Source of the DNA: Psilocybe cubensis
Taxonomy: Eukaryota
Length of the DNA: 64,000 nt
Direction of reading: 5' to 3'
Assembly: GCA_017499595.2 (NCBI GenBank)
Contig: CM039000.1
Location: 4,030,001 to 4,094,000, forward strand
The notes below the pieces were generated by a model. That model did no database searches. It saw only the letters and a list, made by a program, of their open reading frames with translations, and was not told the DNA's origin. How positions within the stretch are numbered: the first letter of the stretch is position 1; the number at the start of each line of letters is the position of its first letter. The position numbers were made by a program, and so were the translations under genes. Shown here in pieces: positions 38,573 through 51,331 of the stretch.

Positions 38573-40908
38573 ATGCCGCCAAAAAAGGATGCAGTGGTTC
38601 TTTCAGGGCCTACTCGACGTTCATCTAGCAGAGTTGATGACACACCGGCGATAACTTTAGATGAGCCATCCCATTCTACTGCTGAGCAAGACACTGACCG
38701 TCGATTGACCCTTCGGGCTGTACGCAATTCGAACCCACGAATTGCAGATGCTCCACGACCGAAGCGAACATCAGAAGAAGTAGCAAAAGAAAAGAAAAAC
38801 CAACAAACCAAACAAAAAAGGGTTGTCTTGCTTCGCAAAGCTTTGATTCAAAAGGCAGCAGCTCTCGAGGACCAACTTCTTCAAGAGGAAGCCAACCTAA
38901 AGGATGACACATTCAACAATATGCAGGTAATACTCACATCCGATTTAAGAGTAACTCACTGTCTGAAAGCTCCTTTAAGTCTTTACCCGCTTCGGATTTA
39001 CTAGGTATGTCATAATGTTCAAGCTATACCGAGACTGATTTAAAATTAACAAGATCACGGTGGAAATGATGGAGTACCTTCAATGTCAGGGGACATATCG
39101 TCGAGTGGTGGTACTGAAGATGAGTATGTGGACAAGGATAATCAGGATGTTGAGTCTGAAGACTCAGACATCAATGACGGTGGAGGTTTGGACGATGATG
39201 CCGAGCTTTCTCAGGCAAAGTCCAAGGGAAGCCGAAAGGAAAAACGGGGAAAGCTTAGAGAGCAAGTTACGGCTTATCGATCATCTACTAATAAAAATCA
39301 AGAACCATCAGTGGGAAACAAAAGAAAAGGACGAGCATCACAGTCCAGGTGCGTACTTGGTCTCATCATTGTATGCATAAAAACTGAGAATATGTTCTCT
39401 AGAAAACCTGCAAAAATGAAGAAGTCTAACGTCTGTGGCATACGTGACGATTGGAATGAAGAAACGTACCAAGAGCACTTTGATCTCCTGCCCGGTGCAA
39501 ATCAAAACCTTCCTCCTAGCTCTAATGCTAGTGGAACCAGCGGAACAAGTGACATGGAAGTTAATGACGACGACGACGACGTAGAGGCAATAGATGGGAT
39601 TAGTGATGATGAAAGGGAAGTAGTAGAAAGGCGTGGAATTTTGGTTGCCAACACATTGGCAAATCCCCGTGGAAAGGTAGCGTATTACCTAATGCAGTTC
39701 TCTACGTTGACTGACTACTTTCTTTATCTCATTAGTCCTCTGTACCTTTAGCCAACCCTGCATATACTGGTCGCTCCTTGGCCAAAGTTGAGGCTACAAC
39801 ATCTGTACCAACATATATTCCATCAGCTTTGTTGGATGGAAGGCTCAAACGGAAGCAAGAAATCCGCGCCAAAGTTGACCTTCCATCTGAACTGAGGTTG
39901 TCCTACGATGAGAAATTTTCACCTATGCTTCGTGAACTAATTGGAATTATCAGTCCTTGGGAACGTCCATCAGAACAGCAGATATTGGATGTTTGGCATA
40001 AAGTATTTCCGGATGTACCGCTAGAGGGTTGGCTAAAGACTGTGGTAACCAAATTGGTGTGTCACTTATTATTTTGCATGGACCTTACTGACTACCGCAT
40101 AGGTAGAAAATAATATATATAACTGGCGTACAAAACTTGCTCAAACAGCATCAACATGCTTTGAGAGGTCAATCATTCCGGCAATGGAAGATTGGTCAAA
40201 ATCTGGAATTGCAGAATGGTGCAAATGGGCACTCTCGGGTGACTACAAGTGTCGTCCGTTCTACTACCTAAGCTATGAGGAGGGGGATGATCAGATTAAT
40301 GCGACAGTAGGTGTTTTCTGAGTTCTAGAATTGATAATTGTTTGCATTTTAACCAGAATCTTTTTTCTAATCAACCAGGGGATATTTCAGCACCCGCTCA
40401 TTTTATCAACACTTGCATACCATTACTCCAGCATATCCGCGATCCACTCTAGTGCCCGACGTGATGACAAACCAGTAGGCGCACTGATAATGGCCATTCA
40501 GGCGGTACGTGATATATAGCACTATTGCATACCATCACTGATATCAACTGCATCTGTTAGTCCCATCGTGCTATATCTCATTGGCTTACGGGCGAATATC
40601 AGAAGATCCAACGGCCATTGGGTGACTTCTCAAAAGACAACTGGGGGGATAATCTTACTCGGGATCCAAAGTACTACCCCACGCTATCACCCGGTTTGGT
40701 TCAAGAAAGCAAAGCTACGTCTAATCTACTGCGTGTAGTCAATAAGCTTACAGATAAGCGATGGGAAAAAATCATTCAGGGTGCTATGCAGGCTACACGT
40801 AGGCACAAGAGCATTACAATTCAGACGATTGCACCAGCAGCTCCTGATGCAGTCGAGGAACCTCTCTCCGATTTTTCTATTCTCGATAACAATAACGATA
40901 GTGATTAG
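38573..40908 (+). CDS. Accessory protein of the outer element (basic/acidic N-terminus, DUF6532-like C-terminus)
   Basis: Multi-exon: MPPKKD...; SPWERP..ILDVWHKVFP; GIFQHPLILSTLAYH...KPVGALIMAIQA|SHRAISHWLTGEY...FSKDNWGD. Layout parallels 17176..19917. Confidence 0.65.
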
Positions 40909-41260
40909 ATTACTAACTAGTTTAAGCAGCTCAAATTCATACTTTTGAAAAAAAAATTGTCGTCATGAAAGATCTTAAAAGCTTTCCTTAAGATGTATAG
41001 CTTACTCATAGTGTGGTATCTTTTGGGCACACTTTTGCCACTTTTCGGTCTTTCGAAAGATCAAACCACTTGTGCATGGAAATGGGGTCTGGCTTGCAGC
41101 AAGCCCAAATACTTTCGCACTTTCGGCACTTTCATCACTTTAGAAAGCAATGAAAGTGCCCGAAAGTGGGGGTGCAGTTTTACTGATGGGTACGTGTTCT
41201 TCGTGTAAACACGGACTTGCACACCTTTAATTATGCATACTCATTCCCCTTTTTCTATAG

Positions 41261-41410
41261 GAATCTATTAGAAATACGCTTACACAGTACCAAATGTTTT
41301 ATAAGAGTGGGTACGCGAGAGGTGGAGGCCTTCGTGGGCATTATTGGAAAGTAGATGCAACGAAGGTTGGTCTATGCAGACGGAGAGCAAGGAAACCTTC
41401 TACTAAATAA
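41261..41410 (+). CDS. Forkhead gene exon 2, the continuation of 14909-15274
   Basis: Intron GTACGT (41190)...TTCTATAG (41260), then ESIRNTLTQYQMFYK...RGHYWKVD...TAA. Matches the uninterrupted paralog at 56151-56346. Confidence 0.88.
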   Translation, partial: ESIRNTLTQYQMFYKSGYARGGGLRGHYWKVDATKVGLCRRRARKPSTK

Positions 41411-41613
41411 TGGCTCTATTTATGTGACTTTCCCCCCCTTTTCCCCCTGTACCGTCGATACCACTTAGACTAGAAAGTAGACAGTTCGTTTAACAACATT
41501 AACGGTCAGGGTGGTATGTTACACTGTGCCTTACGAGGTCGTACACCGAGCGCTTACAGTGTGTAAGGTGGCCTTGTACGGCGGACCCGCTAAACCGGCG
41601 TTCAGATTACTAA

Positions 41614-41747
41614 ATATGGTAGATCTTTACACTGTATCCCATTGCGCACATCAGCGGGCCCGTGCTATATCATCCTTTTACTGAGTCAAATATGGTAGCT
41701 CCTTACACTGTACCTCATTGTGCACACCAGCGGGCCCGTGCTATATT
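41614..41747. repeat. Left subterminal ~57-bp direct repeat of the KDZ element
   Basis: AAATATGGTAG.TC.TTACACTGTA...CAGCGGGCCCGTGCTATAT occurs twice and contains the terminal motif TTACACTGT. Confidence 0.85.
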
Positions 41748-42093
41748 GCCCATTTAATAATTCAGCGGTTACAGTAGCTACACAACGTGCATACCGCGGA
41801 TGGCCTTGCTTGGTAATCAAATTGCCTCGCCAAAGCTCGACCAGTTTGATCTCCCTCGCCAATGATTTAAATTGGCGAGCTGATATATAAATCAACTCAT
41901 TGGAAAGAAGCCATTTCACGTCAATACGGAACAATATTATACATCATTGTACTTTAAGATGATTAGTGTACATCTGGGATACATAATACATAACTGTTTG
42001 TCAATATGTTAATACGGTGAAAGGACAGCAGCTCCGAGGGTCACGTACAATATTCTTCGAATTAATGCTCAAAATGTTCGATTAATGCTACAC

Positions 42094-44274
42094 TTAATTT
42101 CCCTGTTCCCTCGTACTCGGAGAAGGTGATAAGTTAATAAACAGTTGCTCGAGTTCTTCTACATCACCTTTGACATGCGATTCGACATTTGGCGAGGCCT
42201 GAAAGCTGTTGAACAGTAGGTGCAGTTCATTTGAAGACTCGGGTGCCGAATGTGGTGGTGTCGATGGCTTGTCAGCCATGGACTCGGCTGGCGTGTTTTG
42301 GATTGCGTTGTGGGTGCTACTGATCGGAGACTGTGGAAAGTTGTCTAACAGCATGCTGAGGTCTGTGCTCGCAGGTGAGCGTGATGGAATGTCCATTTGC
42401 ATAGATTGTGTCGGTTTATCGAGGGATGTGTCCATATTACTGGGAGAGTGTGGTGACGACAGTAGAGATGGTTCTGGGTGCGGAGACGGAGGCAGATTGT
42501 TGAAAAGCATGGCGAGGTCTGCCTGCTTCTCTGCGTCGCCGATTGGAGACTGCGGAAAATTGTCTAGAAGCCAGATGAGATCCTTGCTAGCAGGTGAGCG
42601 TGATGGGGAGTCCATTTGCGTGGAATGCGACAGTTTGTCAAGGGAAGTGTCCATATCGCCAGATGCGTGTGGTGACGTCAGTGTTGGCGGTTCTGGGTGT
42701 GGAGATTGAGGCAGGTTGTTGTAGAGCATGCCGAGGTATGTCTCATTCTCCGCACTGGACAGGCTCAGTCGCCAGGGAAAATCATTGCGATGATTATTCT
42801 CGCTGCGTTTGTCAACTAGCTTTGACGACGACTTTGGTGTCGACTCTGGCGACACCTTTGGCGACGACTCTGGCGAAGGGTTTGGCGAAGGGTTTGGCGA
42901 AGGGTTTGGCGAAGGGTTTGGCGAAGGGTTTGGCGAAGGATTTGGCGAAGGATTTGGCAAAGGGTTTGACGAAGGGTTTGGCGACGTTCTTGGCGATATG
43001 TTCGTCGATCTCTTTGGCGGTGTCATTGGCGACACCGTTGGGGGTGGGGAGTGAGGAAGCTCCGCTAATAGATCAGCAATGTCGGCGTGTTCCCAGATAT
43101 TATGTTTTGCATCGAATATATGTGTACTCCCTGACGATAAATATGTATGCTTGAATGCCTACATCATTGGTAAACTCACCATTAGTATTGTCGGCCGATT
43201 TTACATTGCCCACTTTCATTCCTATTGTGGATACACCAAAGCGTAAGTACAGGCACTGGAATAGGTGTAAATTTATTTACCATGTTTGCTAGAATTTCCA
43301 TCCATTGCGCTGCTATGGGTTTCACGGTCTGGAGGCGCTTCCCTGTTCTGCAGTGACAGAACCTCATCGGGTGTCAGGGATACTCCGGAAATCCACTGAG
43401 AATGATGCTTTGTATTTGCAGTAGCATTGTTGAACGCTTTCTGGGCATCCCAAGCTGCTTCGCCAGATTTCCACCGAGCCTTCATGACTTCGTCAACATG
43501 AGGGTCGCCCGGCGAGTGAAGCTCCTTTAGTAGGGCAGCGTTGTAAACCATCCAGTACCCAGATGTTCTCCTGCAATGCAACCTGTACTCCTCCTCGTTC
43601 TCTGTGACCAGCGCACGGATAACACCATGTGTTTGTTGTAATTGATTGTATAGAAACTCGCCAGCATTTGGTTTGATGAGATCTTCCTGGCGAAAAATGG
43701 GATCTGTGTGAAAGTTGGAGGGCTGAGGGACGCCTCGACCATCTTTACGCAGTTGTTCACGATGGAACCTGAGACAAATATCCAACCATTTCGTTGTAAT
43801 AATCCCATTTCGGCTTGTTATATGCGTGCCAGTCCACCATGCATTTTTATAAGCAGCAACAACCCGGAACTCAGCATTCTCTCGTGGTGCGCATTCCATG
43901 ACTTCTAAGAAGCGTACGTCAAATGGTATGGGAAGGTTCTCCGGGGGAATTAATGCTAAGGAGTCTGCCAGGGATCTTAAAATGATTGGCACATCAATGA
44001 CTTGTCCAGTTGATGTTGCTAATCCAACGTAGCTTATAAAGAATTTCTACGTACAGTTAGCAATAGGAACTACTATAGTAAAAGGCTTGCGTACCAATTC
44101 TTTCTGTAAAGCAAACTGCATCCACCCCTGCATCTTTGCCGGCTTTTTAAATATCTCGCCTAAAGCCTTACGCAATCGGGATTCGCCATAAAAAACAATC
44201 TCTTGAAGTTTAAAACGATAATTGTGAGGACTTTCATTTGGGATTTTAAAAGGACGAATGTGCGGCTGCGCCAT
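42094..44274 (-). CDS. KDZ-element accessory gene (globular N-terminus, Ser/Pro-rich repetitive C-terminus)
   Basis: ORFs 44047..44316, 43273..43992 and 42094..43035 lie on the same strand with intron-sized gaps. Joining them into one gene is an inference. Confidence 0.55.
42869..42984. repeat. 12-bp coding minisatellite (GGCGAAGGGTTT)n encoding (PNPS)n
   Basis: About 9 units are visible directly. Confidence 0.9.
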
Positions 44275-44336
44275 GTTGGATGTTGCAAAGAGACAGCTAC
44301 GAATCATAGACATCACCCGGACAGTCTATTTTTACT

Positions 44337-47300
44337 TCAAATCTTTTTATAGCTAGGATTAGTCATATGAAACAGATAATCAGCTCGCCGTGCCATCTCG
44401 CCCCAGATACTACTTTGACGGTCAGCATAGGCAGCTCGCCCTGCATTGACAATGTTGTCGCCAGCCGGGTCATCGGCGAGCGCAACTACAGCACTATTTT
44501 TCCACCACTCTTCTTTTTTGGAGAAGTATCGTACTGTCCACTGCATCTCGTAGTCCAACATAATGGCTTCCTCTCTCCATCTATGAAATTGGGCACGGGC
44601 ACGTAACCAGTGGACGCGTTTGACTAGCACCAGGAAATCAATAATAATTCAGTCTTCAAAGGCAAGTAGGCATTATAATCATTAAATAAATAGCACTTAC
44701 ATTCTGTTAGGGTCTCGGGATCTGTTTCCTCCACATTGATATGGCTACCTTCAGGATCCGCCGGTCGAATTTCGCCATTCTCGGCAATAATATTGGGTCC
44801 TAGGCGTTGATTGCTTGAATTATGCCAGATCCACGAGAGACGTATTCTTGTCGACCCAGGTTTGTTAGGATCTAGAATTGCTGTGCTGGTCTTGACATCA
44901 TCCTTTGATAGCTTCTGGAATTTGGCCAAGATTGAGCTATCTGCCCCTAGATTAATCAAGCGAGTTCGGCATTCAGTATAGAGTTGACTATAGAATGTTA
45001 ATCTATGGTTCATCTCATCAATGCGAGCTCGAGATCTTGTCCTGACTCCTTTGCGTGGAGCATTCCGAATGACGTCCGAATACTGAAATGATTTCTCGGC
45101 AATAAGATTTCGTATTTGGTTCAAATGCGAATTGGCTTGCGAAATTCGAGCCTTTAGTTCCACCGGAGCCCAGCGTTGATCTACATTGTAGTGGGATGGA
45201 AGAAAGATCTTGTGTTCCTCGATAGGCTGCAGAGGTTGAGTAGGTTGGGGAGGTGGAATTACAACATCATCATCCGTAATCTCGTCCGCCCAATCCAACA
45301 TTTCCACCGAAGTATCCGGTTGAGTCTGGGAGTGTTCCAACACCCCTGCACATTCTTGTAGTCGTTCAAGCTCAGAAATCAACGGCTGCAATTTTTCGCG
45401 AAGACTTTGTAATTTTTGAGGATCGGCATGTCGAGGAGATTTGGTGAGCTGTCGAACACAAAGGCGAATCTCAATTCTGCTTTCTATTCAGTACTTGAAC
45501 TAATAGAAAAGTAGAGATATAGGAACGTACTGTTTTTCCTCCACCATCAGTGCAAATTGAATGTATGCCTCAATGGGATCATTTGACGTTGTTTCAGTTG
45601 TTTCTGTCGTATCCGTGACCTCTTGACCTCTACCTTTTGCAGCGTATATATCCATCACCTTGGGAGAAATCAAACGACGAGCCTCAGCATCAACAATCTG
45701 CCTTGTCCATAATTCCACAACATCCTGTGGCGCTACCCTGGAAACTTCGGCAAAGTATTTTTCGGCGCAGTCTCTAGTTTCGACAGCCTCGACGTATCGC
45801 CGGCATAGATCCTTTGGCAACGCGAGTGCTTTGCTATGATTCGAATCACTGGCATGGTCGTCTAACATTTCTGCTCGATGTGCCAGTGTTGCCGTCCTTG
45901 AAGCTGGCGAGACGTGATTCATTTTTCCCCACAAGGATTCCAGTATCTCACCAATTACACGTGCAGCACCTGGGATGAAAGCAGGCGAATAACGAAAGAG
46001 ACAATCATCTTTATGAGCATGAACATGGAATAAACCAATTGCACGGTCAATGTCAAGACCTTCAGGAAGTAAATGCCCAATCCTCGTCTTCAGGTGTATG
46101 ATGAACTGACAAATGACATCATATATAATCATGGCACCTTGGCGAGGATCTACGCCAGTCGACTTCAAGGCGGTGAGCAGGGCGAAGTCAACATTTTTTT
46201 GTTGCTCGCCTTTGAACAGGTCTACCAATGCATTAGGTGCATAACACCCATGACGAGCGCATGCTACCCCCACAACTCCTGTGACATCGCAAGACTTTGA
46301 TGCGAGCATGGCTCCCGTTATTGCTCTGAACGTGTTTTCGCATGGCGCTCCCTTGTTGTGAGCTAAGTTAAAAGCATTGCTTATTTAAACACATTACACT
46401 CACCGTTAGCTTCTCGATGGCAGTCTTTAGGAAGCTGTGATACTCCTCGCGCTTAGGAATCATCCCCCCGCCTTCGGAAAGCCATATGTCATTTGATTGC
46501 TTTTTGGGTTGCACATGGTCTGCTTTAAAGTTACCGTCTGCGACTAGAACACGGCGATAGACAAATTTATTAGGGTCATTTTCCCACCCGTCCGGAAGGT
46601 TAATGCCTGGCTGAGGGCAAGCAGGGCAGAAATTTGCAAGCTCGCCCTTACACACATCCTTGACCGCTTTACCATTATGACCAGCAAACCCGGCCCACTT
46701 CAACTTTTTCATCCATCTCCACAATCGAGTCATTCTTCGAAACTCATTATATAGATTAACGACACTTGAGGGGTCCATAGGCTTGGTAAGTCGGCGCACA
46801 AGCTGATAGAACTGATATGCTGATGATTGTAGTTCTAGATTACAGAGACGAAACTTGTCCAAGACTTGTGCTGTGAAGACTGTTCGAATTCGCACAAAGC
46901 TAGTGGGTAGAAGCCGACAGGCAATAAGGTCCGCTGGTATTTGTTCCATCCCGCGACAGGAACAGGTCACAAGGGGTAGATTATGAATTCCGTTTGAATG
47001 AACAACCCGCGTTGAGTTTTGCAGAGCATAGAAACTTGAATCATCTTGGTCTGACATCCCAGTAGTCCCTGGCAAAATTTCGACATCACCTTCGCCCTCG
47101 GCATCCCCAACTTCGGCGTCATCATCAGGTTCTTCAGGGGGCTCAATATCGCTGTTGCTTCGAATATTGTCTAGGTATGCAAAAAAACGTTGGTCGGCAA
47201 TGGCGTCACTCTCTACGGATTGTTGGGCATTTATACGTGGTTGATCTGGCTCGGAAAAATCTTCGCCCTGAACTTCGCCATTTCCGTCGACCTCGCCACC

Positions 47301-48104
47301 ATCTACATCGCCATGCTCATCGATCTCGCCATTGTTAGGTCTTGTTGTGTTCGCCACGTGTCGCCTAAGTTCTTGCTGTTCGGCATTGTCTTTTACAGTC
47401 TCTTCTCGCTCTAATTGCACTTTCTGAAGGTTTAATATTTCGCATATACGTGTTCCCGAGTAGTGCGGCACAAATATGTGGACCCCCACTTGCCATAGTT
47501 CGGCAGATGCAAAGTGCTTGCCATTCCATCGCCGAATCTTATGGAAAGGATCATCAGAATGGGTTATGCGCATGCATTTTCTGCACATAGTGTGTCCCAA
47601 ACTGCAGTCATCGCATCTCCAGATGGCTATAGATCCTGTCTTACAGTGGTTGCAGGTTGTTTCATCCGATGGTCGAGCTTCTCTGGTGAGCAAAACACCC
47701 AAGAACTCATCCACTCTATTCACAAACTGCAGTATATAATCTCTCTGCCTCTACGTTACCATCAGTATGAGAGAATAGATAATGTGATTTGAAATTATAA
47801 TGGATACCTTCTTTCCCGTGGTTGTCACCAGGTCATCATGAGTAAAGGCAGTGTCGCCAGGATTATCATTGTGTCCCCACTCATCAATCTGATGTTGTTC
47901 CACTGATTGACCTCTGTGTCGGAGATCCTCATAGGTCTGAATCTGCAATTCAGGCTCTTCCGGTAGAGCCTCCAGTCTTCTCTCAACACCAATAGTGTGT
48001 CCATATTCGTCCAGTTTGCGGTGTTTATGAACGGTTACATAACGTGCAGCATCGATATTGCCTTCTACAATGCCTGTGCCTTTTTTCCGAGATTTTCTAG
48101 CCAT
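44337..48104 (-). CDS. CxC2-domain KDZ transposase (multi-exon, apparently intact)
   Basis: CNHC..CDDC..CRKC..H..DPFH; TRVVHSNGIH...CSC; RTVFT; CPACPQPGINLP; DGNFKA; CARHGC; GEQQKNVDF; YDVIC; FHVHAH; GEILESLW; WLRARAQFHRWREE...EMQW. Confidence 0.92.
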
Positions 48105-48238
48105 GATTGTTACATATCGCAAACCAGTTTATTCATCTGTCCGTATTTGTAGTCGATGTACATAGTTGAGCCGATTGACTTGAGCCGATCGACTCACTAT
48201 CTTTCCACCGTAATTTTTCTCCTCTAACTCCAACTATT

Positions 48239-51227
48239 ATGTCTCGTATCCCTCCAGGACCGTCTAACAAGAACACCTCCAAATACACACCTGCTGAAAG
48301 GGCACTCATTGATGTTTTTAAGGCAGAGTATTTGGCTACGCTCACTCCTTCCCTTCGCACTACATTGTTAACAACCAAAGTGTATTCCGCTTTTGCCAGT
48401 CATTGGGATGCACATGGGAAGAAATATAATCCTGATCATGAGAGGGCTGTGTGTTTGCACAATTGAATTTTCTAGAGTGACCGGTGCTAATAATATGTAC
48501 CCAGGAATTATGCAAGTGGGCCCGAAACCTGTGGAGAAAGCCCCAGGTAGAGGGCGCAGTGAAGCCACAATCCAGTGTCATCAATATCAAAAAATCCGAT
48601 GTTGTATCTCGCTACCGAAAGGATGAAGTAGAAAAAGAGATTGATACCATTCTTGGTCCAGTTGATGCCCGTGATCGTCAGAAACGATTTAATGTAAGGG
48701 CTACTGCAATCAAGAATATCATAGCCAGACTTTCGCCGGAGGAATTGGCCAAACTAGAAGATCAGGTTGCTAAAATTGCTGAGGAAGGGCATCCGGTGGA
48801 AGTACGACGACAGTAGGTTTACTGTGAACGGTATTCCATTTTTCCGCACTCATATTTTTGCGCAGACTAGCCGAAAAGAACTTTGAAAAACGTCTTAACG
48901 ACAGCGCTACTGCCAACTGGCGTGAATTGGGAATGTTATCAATTACATTCGCAACATACGAGGATTCTTCAGGTAGACTCCATGTTGAGGTGTTAGTATA
49001 TTTGACTTACTTTATGGATTCATTGTATATCTGATATACACTTTCCAATTAGACATGATCAAATTGCCGAGTTGTTGAACCTCAAAGATGTGGCCGACGT
49101 CAAAGCATTTGAAGAAATACATGCTGCTAGTGCTCGTGGAATGCAGCGCCTTGTAATGGAATACGTACGAGATATGCTGAACTTGTCAAGGGGAAAAAAA
49201 GAGGCCAGTGTCCCAGGTGCGAATATCTTCACAACAGGCCAACATGGTTTTCCTGTTATCGGGCCTACATATGATCGGGATAAGCTCGACAAAGATGATG
49301 CGGAGAGGCTTTATCGAAAATACCTTTCCAAACATTATGGTATGTGTCATTCCTACCGTTCATCCCATTGCAACTTACAAGACTTACAATAATTTATCCC
49401 ACAGAACTTGCGTCAAATGGAAGAACAGACCAAGTGCCATGGGGCGACATAGTGGACAATGTATCCATCTTTATTGCTCCTGAATATCTGCCGGCAGACG
49501 AATATGAGTTTACCGATCCCCACAATACAAAAATCAAACACATCAAAAGCTTCCTTGACCATATCGTTGAACGGGAGAAATCATTGCCTCCATCCCAGGT
49601 TTTTCGTTTCAAAAATGTCACCTCGCGTAGACGGCAAGGCCTCATCGTACCTTCGTGCTATCCCGACGAAATGGATGGTGAAAATCGATCTGTCAATCCT
49701 ACTGCTCGTAAACGCAAGCGTAAGGAGAAAGGCAACAACGTACCAACAGTCACAGTTCACCAGCGCGGAGGTGAGGGTGAAAGCTCTGCAAACGATGGAG
49801 ACATCGGCGAAGATGGCGAGGATGGCATAACATCCCCCGAGCTGAGCGCAAATGATGCATCTTTGACAGATGTGAATATGTTTGAAGATGCTTTGCATTT
49901 AACAGAGCCAGACTTTACCATGGTTTCTGTTTCTCGTGACATCTCCATGCCTTCTAGTCCTGACAAGATCGAGAATGCCGAAGGTAATGGCGAGCACCAA
50001 GGCGAAAGTACCACAATCCAAGGCGAGCACGGCAAACTCGACCAACTTGACCAAGGCGAGCACGGCGAACTCGACCAACTTGACCAAGGCGAGCACGGCG
50101 AACTAGACCAACACAACCAAGCAACCAGTACTTCTTCCAATATGCCCGACCTTTACTTACAAGGAGACAAGGACATGGAGGATTTTACAATAACAGAGAC
50201 GGACGCACTACTCTTGGAACACTATGCCAACTCTAAAGCATTCGAGCTATCGCTTGCACAGGGGAATTGGGATTCAAATGGATTGGGCGAGGCAATGGCG
50301 AATCGTTTAGACGAGAGAGGCATGGCGAATTCCAGCAATATTTCGTCGACCTGGCGAGGTCTGGACAATGCAGATCCCGGAAATTATCCAAAAGATCTCA
50401 CCTTCACCGAACTACTCTTTGGCCCCACAGAGGTGGGAGTCACCAATACTATCGGAGAGTCAACATATACTGCACCCGCTGCACCTGCAATCTCTATTGC
50501 AGAAAATTCGAAGTCCAATTGGCCTTCGGCAGAAGATCCAGCCGTCGAGGCACATATTGCCAACAGAGGTAATATGGAAACATTTGTTGGAAATTCAATG
50601 CTTGGCTCTTTCCATACATGGAGCAGTGCGAACAACGCAACAAATTCAAACATGCCAGATGACCCTAATGTGGCAATTCCTATTTCCAATGAAATGAGGG
50701 CCGAGCCAATGAACTTAGCAATAAACAAGACTATGGGACAAACGGGACCAACCTCACCGGTGACCAACCAAACCCCAGAACTTGCCGTTCCCAGTAGCTC
50801 AAATAACACGGATCAGAGTAATCTAGTATGGCGTACCTTCAATCCTGACAATACTAGAGTCCGCCCTAGGCCAAGGCCTCGTCCTAAACACAATGAAGAA
50901 GGTTCTCCGAGCAAGATTGTTCGTGACATACTCACATCAGTTCCACTCGTTCCACGCATTAGTGGTGCCAGCACATCCTCGGTTCCATTGGTTAGCAATG
51001 AACGACCTCGGCCTGAGCCCAGTGCCATATCCAAGGACTCGAAAAGTGGGAAAGGTAAAAATAAAGCAGGTAAAGCCTCGCAGAAAAGGGAAACATCTCA
51101 AAGTGATGACGTCAAGCTGGCTGGAGGCTCCAGGAAACACCTCACCGCAGACGATCTTGCAGCAAAAGAAGCGGAAGAAATGAAGGTTGAAGGCAAGCGT
51201 GTCCGTAAGAAAAGATTACTAGAGTAA
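48239..51227 (+). CDS. KDZ-element accessory protein (multi-exon, long disordered C-terminus with basic NLS-like ends)
   Basis: ORFs 48239, 48484, 49072 and 49344..51227 are separated by GT-AG introns. Contains VPWGDI...FIAPEYLP...FTDP and a short GEHGELDQLDQ repeat at ~50020-50115. Confidence 0.65.
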
Positions 51228-51331
51228 AAAAGAGTCTTAGAGATCTTGTAGAACATCTTTTAGAACAGGCTTGTTATGATATAGGGTAAAACAAATAAAT
51301 TGAGCAATAATAATGAATGCACACGTATCGA

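Larger units (their letters stand above)
15276..41188. mobile_element. Outer Plavaka-type TIR DNA transposon (25.9 kb with nested insertion, ~7.4 kb without)
   Basis: Left end CATCAGTAAAAGTACACCC (15276-15294) and right end GGGTGCAGTTTTACTGATG (41170-41188) match 17/19 as inverted repeats. GG is duplicated at 15274-15275 and 41189-41190. Removing the element restores the forkhead AAG|GTACGT donor. Confidence 0.93.

Noticed and set aside
41499-41510. TTAACGGTCAGG also present at 54211-54222 as an alternative boundary or target duplication
   Set aside because: It is a single 12-bp match. Using it would exclude the right subterminal repeats and the inverted terminus.
42209-43154. + strand ORFs with (GEGF)n or (LAKG)n repeats
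   Set aside because: They are antisense readings of the 12-bp minisatellite. The - strand frame is the longest and is co-oriented with the upstream exons.
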